64,000 nt of DNA from Macrostomum hystrix (Eukaryota > Animalia > Platyhelminthes). Under the pieces are notes generated by a model that saw nothing but the letters and a program-made list of their open reading frames with translations, made no database searches and was not told where the DNA came from. This document shows positions 1 to 12,349 of this stretch, in pieces. The position numbers and the translations under genes are program-made. Numbering within the stretch: position 1 is the first letter of the stretch; each line of letters begins with the position of its first letter. The DNA lies in assembly GCA_950097015.1 (NCBI GenBank), contig CATNEN010000005.1, forward strand, positions 4,898,001 to 4,962,000, read 5' to 3'.

Positions 1-59
1 ATGGAATTGGCCAGGGCATGTGATGGGCGTCTGCCTGGTCTGCCCATTATAAATTAACC

Positions 60-1385
60 AGTTGGGATCTAAGAAAATTCAGTTGGGATCTGAGAATATT
101 CAGTTGGGATCTAAGAAGATTCGGTTGGGATCTGAGAAGATTCAGTTGGGATCTGAGAAGATTCGGTTGGGATCTGAGAAGATTCAGTTGGGATCTGAGA
201 AGATTCGGTTGGGATCTGAGAAGATTCAGTTGGGATCTGAGAATATTCAGTTGGGATCTAAGAATATTCAGTTGGGATCTGAGAAGATTCAGTTGGGATC
301 TAAGAAGACTCAGTTAGGATCTGAGAAGACTCAGTTGGGATCTGAGAAGATTCAGTTGGGATCTGAGAAGACTCAGTTGGGATCTGAGAAGATTCAGTTG
401 GGATCTGAGAAGATTCAGTTGGGATCTGAGAAGATTCAGTTGGGATCTAAGAATATTCAGTTGGGATCTGAGAAGATTCAGTTGTGATCTAAGAAGATTC
501 AGTTGGGATTTAAGAAGATTCAGTTGGGATCTGAGAAGATTCAGTTGGGATCGAAGAAGATTCAGTTAGGATCTGAGAAGATTCAGTTGGGATCTGAGAA
601 GATTCAGTTGGGATTTAAGAAGATTCAGTTGGAATCTGAGAAGATTCAGTTAAGATCGAAGAAGATTCCAGTTGGGATCTGAGAAGATTCAGTTGGGATC
701 TGAGAAGATTCAGTTGGGATTTAAGAAGATTCAGTTGGAATCTGAGAAGATTCAGTTGGGATCTGAGAAGATTCAGTTGGGATCTGAGAAGATTCAGTTA
801 TGATCTAAGAAGATTCAGTTGGGATCTGAGAAGATTCAGTTAGGATCTGAGAAGATTCAGTTGGGATCTGAGAAGATTCAGTTGGGATTTAAGAAGATTC
901 AGTTGGGATCTGAGAAGATTCAGTTGGGATCTGAGAAGATTCAGTTGGGATCTAAGAAGATTCAGTTGGGATCTGAGAAGATTCAGTTGGGATCTAAGAA
1001 GATTCAGTTGGGATCTGAGAAGATTCAGTTGGGATCTGAGAAGATTCAGTTGGGATTTAAGAAGATTCAGTTGGGATCTAAGAAGATTCAGTTGGGATTT
1101 AAGAAGATTCAGTAGGGATCTGAGAAGATTCAGTTGGGATCTAAGAAGACTCAGTTGGGATCTGAGAAGATTCAGTTGGGATCTGAGAAGATTCAGTTGG
1201 GATCTGAGAAGATTCCGTTGGGATTTAAGAAGATTCAGTTGGGATCTGAGAAGATTCAGTTGGGATCTGAGAAGATTCCGTTGGGATTTAAGAAGATTCA
1301 GTTGGGATCTGAGAAGATTCAGTTGGGATCTAAGAAGATTCAGTTGGGATCTGAGAAGATTCAGACGGGATTTAAGAAGATGCAG
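60..1385 (+). repeat. 21-bp minisatellite (GTTGGGATCTGAGAAGATTCA)n, left arm of an inverted pair
   Basis: About 60 tandem copies visible directly; source of the spurious GSEKIQL ORFs. Confidence 0.97.
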
Positions 1386-2090
1386 TTTTTTTTCTCCGAA
1401 AATTTCGCAAAATACAAAAATCCGGAACATACTCAGAACAACTGTCACCACACAATCAGCGCACGACAATCACTAAAATATGCTATATACATGACACGAA
1501 CAATTCCGCTGCCCGTGTCAAGAGAGTGGCTTTCGGCCATAGACATTGAAAACACTTAAGAAGCGTAGACATTCCTTCATGTCCAGGTGGGCACAGGCGG
1601 AGTGTCCGCTACAATTGGCAGCTGTTCACGGAGCGTAGCGAGCAATATATATTTTAAACAGAGCAACAACTGACTTTTTTGACAAGTTAAAAGCGCGGTC
1701 AATACAGACAGTGCTTATACAGTGTGAGGCCACCTGGCAGAGTCAGATATATCCGCATCCATATGCGATGGATCTATTAGCTTTATAGTATGTGACAGCG
1801 TGAGGGTTGGGCTCATTGTTCACGTCCAGGGTCCACCTGTGTCGGCTCAACGAGATGCACAACTGTCTGATAGAATAGCTGTTATATGTTTTTCAACCCA
1901 TGAAGCATTTGTAACGGGACCATTTTAAGGTCATCAATTTACAGCTTGGGTGTGTCAATGACAAATACGGAATATGGCGCCGATATAAAATGTCAACGAA
2001 GCAACTGTTGCGATGATTTAAAAATTAATTGTACAAATTCCAAAAAATTGGCAAAAAACAATACAGGCCGCAAACTTTACCGATCTAACA

Positions 2091-2750
2091 TAGATCCCAG
2101 CTGAATCTTCTCAGATCCCAACTGAATCTTCTCAGATCCCGACTGAATCTTCTCAGATCCCAACTGAATCTTCTCAGATCCCAACTGAATCTTCTCAGAT
2201 CCCAACTGAATCTTCTCAGATCCCAACTGAATCTTCTCAGATCCCAACTGAATCTTCTCAGATCCCAACTGAATCTTCTCAGATCCCAACTGAATCTTCT
2301 CAGATCCCAACTAAATCTTCTTAGATCCCAACTGAATCTTCTTAGATCCCAACTGAATCTTCTCAGATCCCAACTGAATCTTCTCAGATCCCAACTGAAT
2401 CTTCTCAGATCCCAACTGAATCTTCTCAGATCCCAACTGAATCTTCTCAGATCCCGACTGAATCTTCTCAGATCCCAACTGAATCTTCTCAGATCCCAAC
2501 TGAATCTTCTCAGATCCCAACTGAATATTGTCAGATCCCAACTGAATCTTGTCAGATCCCAACTGAATCTTGTCAGATCCCAACTGAATCTTCTCAGATC
2601 CCAACTGAATCTTGTCAGATCCCAACTGAATCTTCTCAGATCCCAACTGAATCTTCTCAGATCCCAACTGAATCTTCTCAGATCCCAACTGAATCTTCTC
2701 AGATCCCAACTGAATCTTCTCAGATCCCAACTGAATCTTCTCAGATCCCA
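2091..2750 (-). repeat. Same 21-bp minisatellite in reverse orientation (CAGATCCCAACTGAATCTTCT)n
   Basis: Exact reverse complement of the 60-1385 unit, about 31 copies. Confidence 0.97.
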
Positions 2751-3200
2751 ACTTCCCTCAGATCCCTACTTCCCTCAGATCCCAACTTCCCTCAGATCCC
2801 AACTTCCCTCAGATCCCAACTTCCCTCAGATCCCAACATCCCTCAGATCCCAACATCCCAAAGATCCCTACTTCCCTCTGATCCCAAGTTCCCTCTGATC
2901 CCAACTTCCCTTAGATCCCAAATTCACCTCTGCTCCTAACTTCGCTCTGATCCCAACTTCCCTTAGATCCCAAATTCCCTCTGATCCCAACTTCCCTCTG
3001 ATCCCAACTTCCCTCTGATCCCAACTTCGCTCTGATCCCAACTTCCCTCTGATCCCAACTTCCCTCAGATCCCAACGTCCCTCTGATCCCAACTTTTCTA
3101 AGATCCCAACTTCCCTAAGATCCCTACTTGCCTCAGATCCCAACTTCCTTCTGATCCCAACTTCCCTAAGATCCCTACTTGCCTCAGATCCCACCTGAAG
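2751..3200. repeat. 17-bp minisatellite (CTTCCCTCAGATCCCAA)n, derivative of the 21-mer
   Basis: GATCC recurs at 2761, 2778, 2795, 2812; shares CAGATCCCAAC with the adjacent 21-mer. Confidence 0.92.
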
Positions 3201-3972
3201 CTTTTCAGATCCTTACTAAAGTTTTTGGGGCAGTATATTATGAATATTTAGCGCATAAAAGGTATTTTATTTATTTGGTGGCCAGAAACCTGGCCAGGGT
3301 TTTTGATATTCCCAATGGTGTTTCCTTGGCCATTGATGTGTTTACTCTAGATTACTACGAGTATGATTTTATAAAAACGGCTTTATAGATTTAATCTACG
3401 TAAAATACACTTTTGTATTTCGGCATGCAAGGCAGAATACAGTTTTTGGTTCGTTTGGCTGTATGGGTCATTGCTATGGATGTGGGGAGGATGTTAAACC
3501 CACCGGACGAACCAACCAATGAGCGAGGTCCCGCTTTAGTTCCAAGCGGTCGGTGAAAGTCAGGCCCCCGAAGCGTCAGCCAACCCAGAAGGAACCTGCA
3601 GCCGGTCTCTCTTGTCGAGTTCCCCCACGATCCCTCCTCCGCCTATACTAACTAGTATCGGCGTCGCAAACAGGACCGGAACTGCTCTTATAGAGGGTCC
3701 AGCATTTTTTCATTTGTTTATCTTTTCTCTTCGCGTTCAGTGTAAACCAAAGGCCAGAACCGAGGCTGCGCTTCAATTGCAGGAAATTTAGTCCAAACAA
3801 TTCCTGCAGCTCTACAAGTCCCGTGTCTCCAATAAACTATATACCGCAGTCTCCTCTTTTGCTTACATTTTAACATATATACACAATCCTACTAGCGTAA
3901 ACGTAGCCCTACTACAAGCACAGCTTCAGTGCCAGTGTGTATATAAACGCCACGCTTAAATATCGAATAATT

Positions 3973-6900
3973 ATGCAGCAGCTAGGCCAGGTGACCAACA
4001 CCTCAGCAGTAACAGCAGCGGCAGCTGCAGGTGCCTCATCAGACTCTCAACCCGTTGATGCCACGTCCGCATCATCGTCAGCGGCGGCTGCTACCGCCTC
4101 CGCTGCATTCGGCAAAGGCTTCTATCTGCAGTCGGGTGAGATTTCATTTCGAATGCCGAATAATCTAATTTTTCCAGGAAGGCTGTGGGCAATGGCACAT
4201 CATTTGGTGACAGTATAGACCCAGTGAGGAGACAATTCTACCCCCCATTCCGCTGACTCCTGAGCACACACTCACACAGATGTGTACATCTGCCCTCACT
4301 TTCTCATCGTCATGCAGTGTACACTATCACTGTGCCTTGATGCTCTAGCACTAAGGACCCTGTCTCCCTGAGCTCGATTTCGCGGCTCGTACAATTCACG
4401 CCCTTGAGGGCCCACCTCCGAGGAACAGTGAGAGTGTGTGCTCAGGAGTCAGCAAATTGGGCAGAGTTGCATCCTGGCTGGCTGCAGGTCTAGAGTCACC
4501 AAATGATGCGCCATTGCCTGCAGCCCTCATGCAATTATTAATCGTTAATTAAAATTCCTAATCGTTTCCATCACCTCATTCCTAACAGTGCCAAGCTATC
4601 ATCACTCGCCGGAATGTGATTCGACTCATCAGCATCAGCAGCAGCTGCACCATCACCACTCATATTGGGGCGATACAACACCGCCGAATGCAACTCAGAT
4701 GTTACCTCTGCCACCAACATCGAGTGTCGGCAATGACAGAATCAACTATCTTCAGCAGCAGCAGCAGCAGCAGCAGCACAATGTCAGCGGCTACAGCGTC
4801 TGCGGCGCCGGCAGCAGCTGCAGCGGCAGCTCCGGCGGTGAGAGCAGCTTCAGCCAGCAGTTCTGCGACGAGTCCAGCTTGGTACTTAGCGGAGTCGGTG
4901 GCTCAGCTAGCAGGCATCAGCATCAGCAGCAGCTTCAGCCCCTACCGTTGACTCCACTGCACCAGCAGCAGCATCAGCAGCAGCAGCAGAATCATCATCA
5001 TTTGCCAATTCTAGCTGCGGCTCAACCGCCGATAATCGTCAAAGACTTCGATATGCCGGATCCGGACCTCGTGGCTGGCGATGTCGGCTCAGCCGTCCGC
5101 ATGGAAGATGAGGATGACGACTCGCTAGATGAGAAGGAGAAGAAAGCTGGTGAGCGCAACATCCTAAAAATACTAGATGCCAAATATCTCAGATCCTAAA
5201 AATCCTAAGTCCTTAAAATCCCAGATCCTTAGAATCCCAGATTTTCAAAATATCTGATACTCAGTATCATAGATCCCCAACGTCCCGGATCCTTAAAATC
5301 CCAGTTCCACAAAACCCTAGATCCTTAAATTCCAGGATCCTCAAAATCATTGATCATCAAATCTTTAGATCCTCAAAATCCTAGATCCTCAAAATTCTAG
5401 ATCCTCAAAATCCTAGATCCTCAAAATCCTAGATGCTCAAAATTCTAGTTTCTCAAAATTCTAGATCCTGAAAGTCTTAGATCCTCAAAATCCTAGATCC
5501 TCAAAATCCTTAGATCCTCAAAATCCTAGATGCTCAAAATTCTAGATCCTCAAAATCCTATAGATCCTCAAAATCCTAGATGCTCAAAATCCTAGATCCT
5601 CAAAATCATTGATCATCAAATCCTTAGATCCTCAAAATCCAAGTTCCTCAAAATCCCAATTCCTCAAAACCCTAGATCCTTAAAACCCCGGATTCTTAAA
5701 ATCCCGGATTCTTAACAACCTACACAACTTAAATTAGCATCAATGAAACTCCCAATTGCTTTGAATCATTTCGCAATGGGGTATGCGAGTAATTTATGCG
5801 AGCATAATTTAGCTGATATCGCTAGTGACATATGCGTCTCCTTAATCGTATTATAGTGCCACAGGTGAACGTATTGGCTCATTATTTTTATAGCTAAGGC
5901 TATTTGTTCTCGCATTTTCAATGAATCCAGTAGACTAGGAGTATAAAATCAAGGTTCTATAATATATCTTGTATCCTTATTAAATAAGGGCTTCATGTCT
6001 CGGGTCTGATTTAGTGTTTCAGGTAAGAATTTCAGATAAACTTCATGTCTTGACGTGTGTGAGTGTGTGCTAACTGGGCCACTTCCTGCATAGCGCAAGT
6101 CTTCTATAAAAACTGCGAAGGTTAATGAATAATTCACAATGTCACTTTCAAGGCTATAGCTATATATATAGAGGTCAAGCATTGACCACACTAGGACACT
6201 GAAATTCGACACTCTTGGGAACATTGCTAACGCCATTGCATTTCTTCTTTCCAAGGTATAGAGAATTGTAGCTTCGACAAAGCTTAACACCCATACAGAG
6301 AGAGAAAGCATTTTATTCTGAACTGTACAAGCTTTTTTATAGTCAAAGCTTTAATCGCAATTACGACATTACAGACATTGTATAGGATTTTATAATTCTT
6401 GGGAAAATTGGGAAGAAACTGATTTGTTTACCTGTTTGTTGGAGGGCATAGGCGGATGGGCGGAGCCTGTGTCGGTATTATCCTATCTGTTTAGGTTGGG
6501 ACAACGAAATCATGCCATGAAGCTATATAATTCCTTGAAGTTGTCCACCTGTGCGGCGGCGGTGGCAGCAGCAGCAGCAGCAGCAGAGGAATGCCATTTA
6601 TGTAAATTTGTGTGTATATTCTAGGCTGGATTTGTTCTATAGGCTGGGGGTAAATTTCCCAACCCTCAGATAATGGCTAACTGATAAGGATGCAGCGCTT
6701 GCAGTGTTCCGCACAATGCCCCCCGCAATTGAACGATGCCATCTGCCGCTTTGCAAAAGTTAAATGCTTCGAGGAAGAAAAATTGAGAGAGAAAAAAGGC
6801 ACATAGGTAAAAGCCGATGCATTTGACTTTTCTGATTTTTGCCATGCAAATTCCAGGATAAACGAGAAACAAATTTTTTCGAAACAAAAAACAACCTGCA

Positions 6901-9900
6901 TGGCCGGTGCTTTAAGCTGACTGTATTGTCTAATGTATTGTCTAATGATAAAAGCCATATGTTAGGAAATGTGTAGCATTGTGGGCACACACACATACCT
7001 GCTGTGGTGGTACAATCATATAGCATAGATGAAAGTGTGAATCTTTAATAATATACTATACATGTTAGAACTTTACACCAATCTGCTAATACTAGAGCCG
7101 ATAACATAGATATCTTGAACGCATATCCGTTTAGCGTCTTGGTTACCATAGAAACTGGTTTTTATTTAGATTCTGTTCCGATTCCGACAGTTTAAATTGG
7201 CCTTCATCAATTAAAGATGAGATATTGCAAGCAACATCTTACACTTTAATGCAGAATTTGTATTTGTCATAGCCGGATAGAGGTGATAGAGTTTAACATT
7301 TCAGAATAATAATGAGATGCTTCTCAGATACAACCGATATAGAGTCAATTGAGTGTGGCTTGAATTTCCTATCGACCAATATCCACTGCATTGCTTTCTT
7401 ATCCACCCTTATTCGCTCCTATCCATTGATATCCACTCCTATCCACTCCTATCCACTCCTATCCACTCCTATCCACTCCTATCCACTCCTATCCACTCCT
7501 ATCCACTCCTATCCACTCCTATCCACTCCTATCCACTCCTATCCACTCCTATGCACTCCTATCCCTTCCTATCCACTCCTATCCACTCCTATCCACTCCT
7601 ATCCACTCCTATCCACTCCTATCCACTCCTATCCACTCCTATCCACTCCTATCCACTCCTATCCACTCCTATCCACTCCTATCCACTCCTATCCACTCCT
7701 ATACACTCCTATCCACTCCTATCCACTCCTATACACTCCTATCCACTCCTATCCACTCCTATACACTCCTATCCACTCCTATCCACTCCTATACACTCCT
7801 ATCCACTCCTATCCACTCCTATCCACTCCTATCCACTCCTATCCACTCCTATCCACTCCTATCCCCTCCTATCCACTCCTATCCACTCCTATCCACTCCT
7901 ATCCACTCCTATACACTCCTATCCACTCCTATCCACTCCTATACACTCCTATCCACTCCTATCCACTCCTATCCACTCCTATCCACTCCTATCCACTCCT
8001 ATCCACTCCTATCCCCTCCTATCCACTCCTATCCACTCCTATCCACTCCTATCCACTCCTATCCACTCCTATCCACTCCTATCCACTCCTATCCACTCCT
8101 ATCCACTCCTATCCACTCCTATCCATACTCATCCGCAGGCGCTCGCCGCTCGGAGAAGCCCCCCTACTCCTACATCGCCCTGATAGTGATGGCCATCCAG
8201 GCTTCACCACTGAAGCGCTGCACCCTAGCGGAGATCTATCAGTATCTGCAGGACAACTTCATCTTCTTCCGCGGACAATACCAGGGCTGGAAGAACTCCG
8301 TGCGCCACAATCTGTCACTCAACGAGTGCTTCATCAAGCTGCCAAAGGGTGAGAACTTCTGCACTGAAGATTATTTTTTTCACGCTTCTCTTTAAGACAA
8401 ATGAAAATAGATTTCACAAGAAAGTTTAGTTATTTCACCCGCCCCAAGTGGGCCAGATGTGCAGCTGACAGCACAGCCGCAGCTATTGCGCGGCGCATCT
8501 GAAGGCTGCGTACGGCTGTTCAGTCCATGGACTGGGGGGACGCCACACCCACCCTCAATTACCCCAGCTGATGCTTAGTACCCATTTAACAGCTGGGTGA
8601 ATTGAAGCAATGCCGAGCAAACTTTCTTGCTAAAGAACACAAATTGTTCCAATGGAGTCGGGAATCGAACCCCCGACCTTTAAGCCATGACCCCTTTGTT
8701 ATAATTCAAACAACCCGCTTAATAAACATTAGAGAAGTTATCTATTGATAGCAAACAGGAATCCAGTTTTTTTCACTCTTTATCCGAAAAAAGACTGGCA
8801 TATAGCACCAATGAAAAGTAGCAAATCACTGCTTCTCGCAAACATTTCAAAGACATATTGCTCTTCGAACAAGCGCAACAAAAAATCGCGTTTTCCTGGA
8901 AACACAAATGTTTACGCTGCAAAAGTGATACAATTTAAACTAGAAATAGCGTTTGTCAGTGGCAAATCTCATCCAATATAAAGGTAAGGGTGTATCAAAT
9001 TCAAGAAACAATTTCGACCATTTCGATTCCAAGCCTATAGTGCTTAAGTGAAGATGGTTTCAAGTGTTGTGTCTGCAGTGAGTGGCATCGCGCATGCCGA
9101 AATTCAGAAGTTAATATTCTGAGATTTCAGTCAAGGAAAAATTTTTAGTAAAACAGCTTCAAAGTTAAACAATCCGCAAGCTTCAACCCCCAGCTGTTAA
9201 CGGTTTATTTTAACGACTAATTCGCAGCCACAGAGATCAGATAGATCTGCTTGGATTCTTGGAAGCAGGCAAGACAGTCTTGCTGAAATGCTGTAAAAGT
9301 TTTGGAAAATCTTGTTTAAAAATAAACAATTCTATTAGTCTCCAGGCCCTTATGCGTCGCTTTCTAAGATCTCGCCGTACCGGACCTTCATCTGTCAATA
9401 TAACTTGCCTTATCGTACTCTACCACTCTCTCTCACTCTGCAATCTAAAATCTACTATGGATTATCTATTTTTTTAAATCTACCAACTACTATCTAACAC
9501 CTACCGTCCACCATCTACCATCGACCATCTACCGCCCACCGTCTACCATCTACCATCTACCGTCCACCGTCTACCATCTACCATCTACCTTCCACCATCT
9601 ACCATCTACCATCTACCATCTACCGTCTACCATCTACCGTCCACCGTCTACCATCTACCATCTACCATCTACCGTCTACCATCTACTATCTACCATCTAC
9701 CATCTTCCATCTACCATCTACCATCTGCCATCTACCCTCTACCATCTACCATCTACCGTCCACCGTCTACCATCTACCATCTGCCATCTACCATTTACCA
9801 TCTACCATCTACCATCTACCATCTGCCATCTACCATCTACCATCTACCGTCCACCGTCTACCATCTACCATCTGCCATCTACCATCAACCATCCGTGCAG

Positions 9901-10550
9901 GCATAGGCCGGCCCGGTAAAGGTCACTACTGGACCATCGACCAGCAGGCAGAGCTGATGTTTGAAGATGGCAGCTATCGACGCAGGCCGCGGGGTTTTCG
10001 TCGAAACAAATCGTCTGTTCAGCAACAACCGCAGCCGCAGCATCAGCAACAGCAGCAGCAGCAACAGCAACTGCAGCATCAGCAGCAGCAGCAGCAGTTT
10101 CATTCTCACCATCATCCGGCCTATCCGCTGCATCAGTCTTATCCTCCACCGCTCGATGACCCGTCTGTCCAGCAGCAGCAGCAGCATCTTCAGCCAGATC
10201 AGCAGCAGCAGACATCAGTGACACCTACTGGATCCTGCGGCCAGTTGAGCCTGGACTGCAATCCGTGCTGGTACAGTCAGTACCCTGACACTGGCTGCTA
10301 CCTTGGCGTACACCACCATCATCATTATGGGTCGGCTGCGGCGGCAGCTGCGGCTGCTGCTGCTGCGGCTGCGGCTGCTACCAGCGCTGTCACTTATACT
10401 TGGTCGGGATTTCATCATCATCATCATCACACCCAGCAGCAACAGCAGCAGCAGCTACAACAGCAGCAACAGCAGCAGCAGCTACAACAGCAGCAACAGC
10501 AGCAGCAGCATCTATATGCTTATCCTCCTGAAGCTTTTGGTGCAGTTTAA
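3973..10550 (+). CDS. foxF: Forkhead box F transcription factor; exons 3973-4135, 4589-5149, 8139-8348, 9901-10550 (527 aa)
   Basis: Joined frame reads [65 protein letters not shown]|[34 protein letters not shown], the FoxF-type forkhead domain. All three introns are GT-AG phase 1 and the total of 1584 nt is a multiple of 3. Exon 1 and the start codon are less certain than exons 2-4. Confidence 0.92.
4176..4340 (-). mobile_element. SINE family A fragment (3' part) in FoxF intron 1
   Basis: GGGCAATGGCACATCATTTGGTGAC...GCTGACTCCTGAGCACAC matches the full-length copy at 18872-19236. Confidence 0.85.
4345..4545 (+). mobile_element. SINE family A, internally deleted copy, head-to-head with the previous copy
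   Basis: CCCTGAGCTCGATTT (B-box region) ... GCTCAGGAGTCAGC ... GTCACCAAATGATGCGCCATTGCC ... ATTATTA tail. Confidence 0.8.
5160..5710. repeat. 16-bp degenerate minisatellite (CTAGATCCTCAAAATC)n at the start of FoxF intron 2
   Basis: Tandem AGATCCTCAAAAT units beginning just after the donor at 5150. Confidence 0.9.
7420..8126. repeat. 10-bp minisatellite (ATCCACTCCT)n abutting the FoxF exon 3 acceptor
   Basis: About 70 near-perfect copies ending 12 nt before the AG at 8137-8138. Confidence 0.97.
8430..8695 (-). mobile_element. tRNA-derived SINE family B copy in FoxF intron 3
   Basis: Matches 19255-19532, 30335-30580 and 48790-49030; B-box GGTTCGATTCC on the - strand; internal palindrome CAGTCCATGGACTG. 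Confidence 0.85.
9500..9892. repeat. 7-bp minisatellite (CTACCAT)n abutting the FoxF exon 4 acceptor
   Basis: Tandem CATCTAC units ending about 8 nt before the AG at 9899-9900. Confidence 0.95.
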
Positions 10551-11059
10551 TATTTCTTATGGTAATTATAATTGCTTTTTAATCTGTTCTGTGTACACAA
10601 GCTTCAATTTATGACGCTGTATATTTCGATTTGATTTCGATAGCTTAAAACAAACGGCGATTGACCTTGGCTAGAAGACAATCAAATTTCAACCTTTCAC
10701 AATGCAAATTTTGTTCTGTAAAGAAACAAGCTTCATTTATTATCCCGCGAATTAAGAAAATTTGTATTTCTACCAACATTAAGCAGCTGTACTATGCTTA
10801 TTTGCTTTCAGCAGAAACAACTTTTGCATCACTTTCAATGCTGTAAAGACAACCTTACATGTTTTAGCGAAGAAATGCTTGTTATACTCGTAAATACAAC
10901 TCACATATCATATACAATATGCCTAATAAAACATCATTCACTACTACAATCTGTAATTTACAATCTGTATTTTAAAGCATATAGAATCTGTTTTCTATTT
11001 CGTTGAAGAAACACTGCTGATCAGATCCATTTTCGTCAACGGAAAATTATTATAATACG

Positions 11060-11520
11060 TATATTTGATGTCAGTGAACTGTCAGTAAAATGTCAGAAGT
11101 GAAATGTTAGTGAATATTGAAATGTCAGTGAAATACAATTAGTGAAACGTCAGTGAATTGTGAGTGAAATGTCATTAGTGAAATGTCAGTGAACTCTCAG
11201 TGAACTGTCACTCTTGAATTACCAGTGAAATGTCAGTGAATTGTCCGTGAACTATCATTAGTGAAATTTCAGTGAAATGTCAGTGAAATTTCAGTGAAAT
11301 GTCAGTGAAATTTCAGTGAAATGTCAGTGAAATGTCAGTGAAATGTCAGTAAAATGTCAGTGAAATGTCAGTGAAATGTCAGTGAAATGTCAGTGAAATG
11401 TCAGTGAAATGTCAGTGCAATGTCAGTAAAATGTCAGTGAAATGTCAGTAAAATGTCAGTAAAATGTCAGTAAAATGTCAGTAAAATGTCAGTAAAATGT
11501 CAGTAAAATGTCAGTAAAAT
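11060..11520. repeat. 11-bp minisatellite (AGTGAAATGTC)n
   Basis: Period-11 tandem, homogeneous toward the 3' end. Confidence 0.93.
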
Positions 11521-12349
11521 GTAAGTGAAGTGACAGGAATTTAGGCTGAGATTTGTTAGATGTCCAAGACAAAATAGCGTACAAAAGTGAAAGTTGATTG
11601 TGGGTAGCGACTAATTCTATTTTCGCCGCAGTATGAGCATTAAGTGAAGATAATATCGCGTCAAGTTGTTGCGCCGTTTCCATGGGTGAAGGTGAATTAA
11701 CAATTTGCGACGCTATAACTTTAACGACACAGACCTAATTTTGTGGACAAATAAAACTTCAAGCTTTAGAAGTGGTTCCGTTATTATACAACTGTGTCAG
11801 ATCTACCTGTCTAGTGTGAGTATTTTACACTACTGTGCAAAGGTATTTCACCTTTTATTCGCATTTCAATCAGTCCGAACACACGCGCACACATCTATAT
11901 AACTATGCACGAGTCCCAGATACTTGACTACTAATTTAGCCAGTCATAACAGGGCAGCTATTAAACTTAGCGGCATATATAAATAAAGGGGAAAATTGTA
12001 GGACTTGCGAATAATTTTTTAAAGATATAAAATTAGTCGCTCTACGTGTTTGTCCATTATTTAGTTCCGTCTGCAGCTAGGAGCAATAACGGGAGCCGCA
12101 AACTTTATCTTTAGTGGCGATGGATGCATTGCTTAAATATGTCTAAAACTTGCGTTCTATTCTGCTTTTTTGTTTAGCGGAATTCAGCAATTTGACACAT
12201 TAACTGCCCACGCCTTTGTGGTGGGTGGCTTTGAAGTATGAAGCATGAAGTCACTGAGAGCAGCCATTGCGTATGTCTTTCGGGATGCCATAACGCTGCC
12301 TTTGGTAATCCTAGCCGTCTTTGAGGTGTGCTAATCCAGCGTTTGTTAA

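Noticed and set aside
1-2090. Possible - strand gene with exons at about 40-1 and within 1400-1860
   Set aside because: Acceptor- and donor-like sites exist (GGGCAG|ACC, GA|GTATGT) but every frame I tried hits stops and no recognisable protein emerges; unresolved
62-3194. ORFs of GSEKIQL / SQLNLLR repeats
   Set aside because: Translation of 21- and 17-bp tandem arrays; no start context, domain or splice support
5949-7026. Short ORFs in FoxF intron 2 (120 aa on -, several on both strands)
   Set aside because: No recognisable motif; may be decayed TE sequence but not supportable
7312-8352. 346-aa and 276-aa [10 protein letters not shown] ORFs
   Set aside because: Read-through of the 10-bp array; the real coding part is only FoxF exon 8139-8348 in another frame
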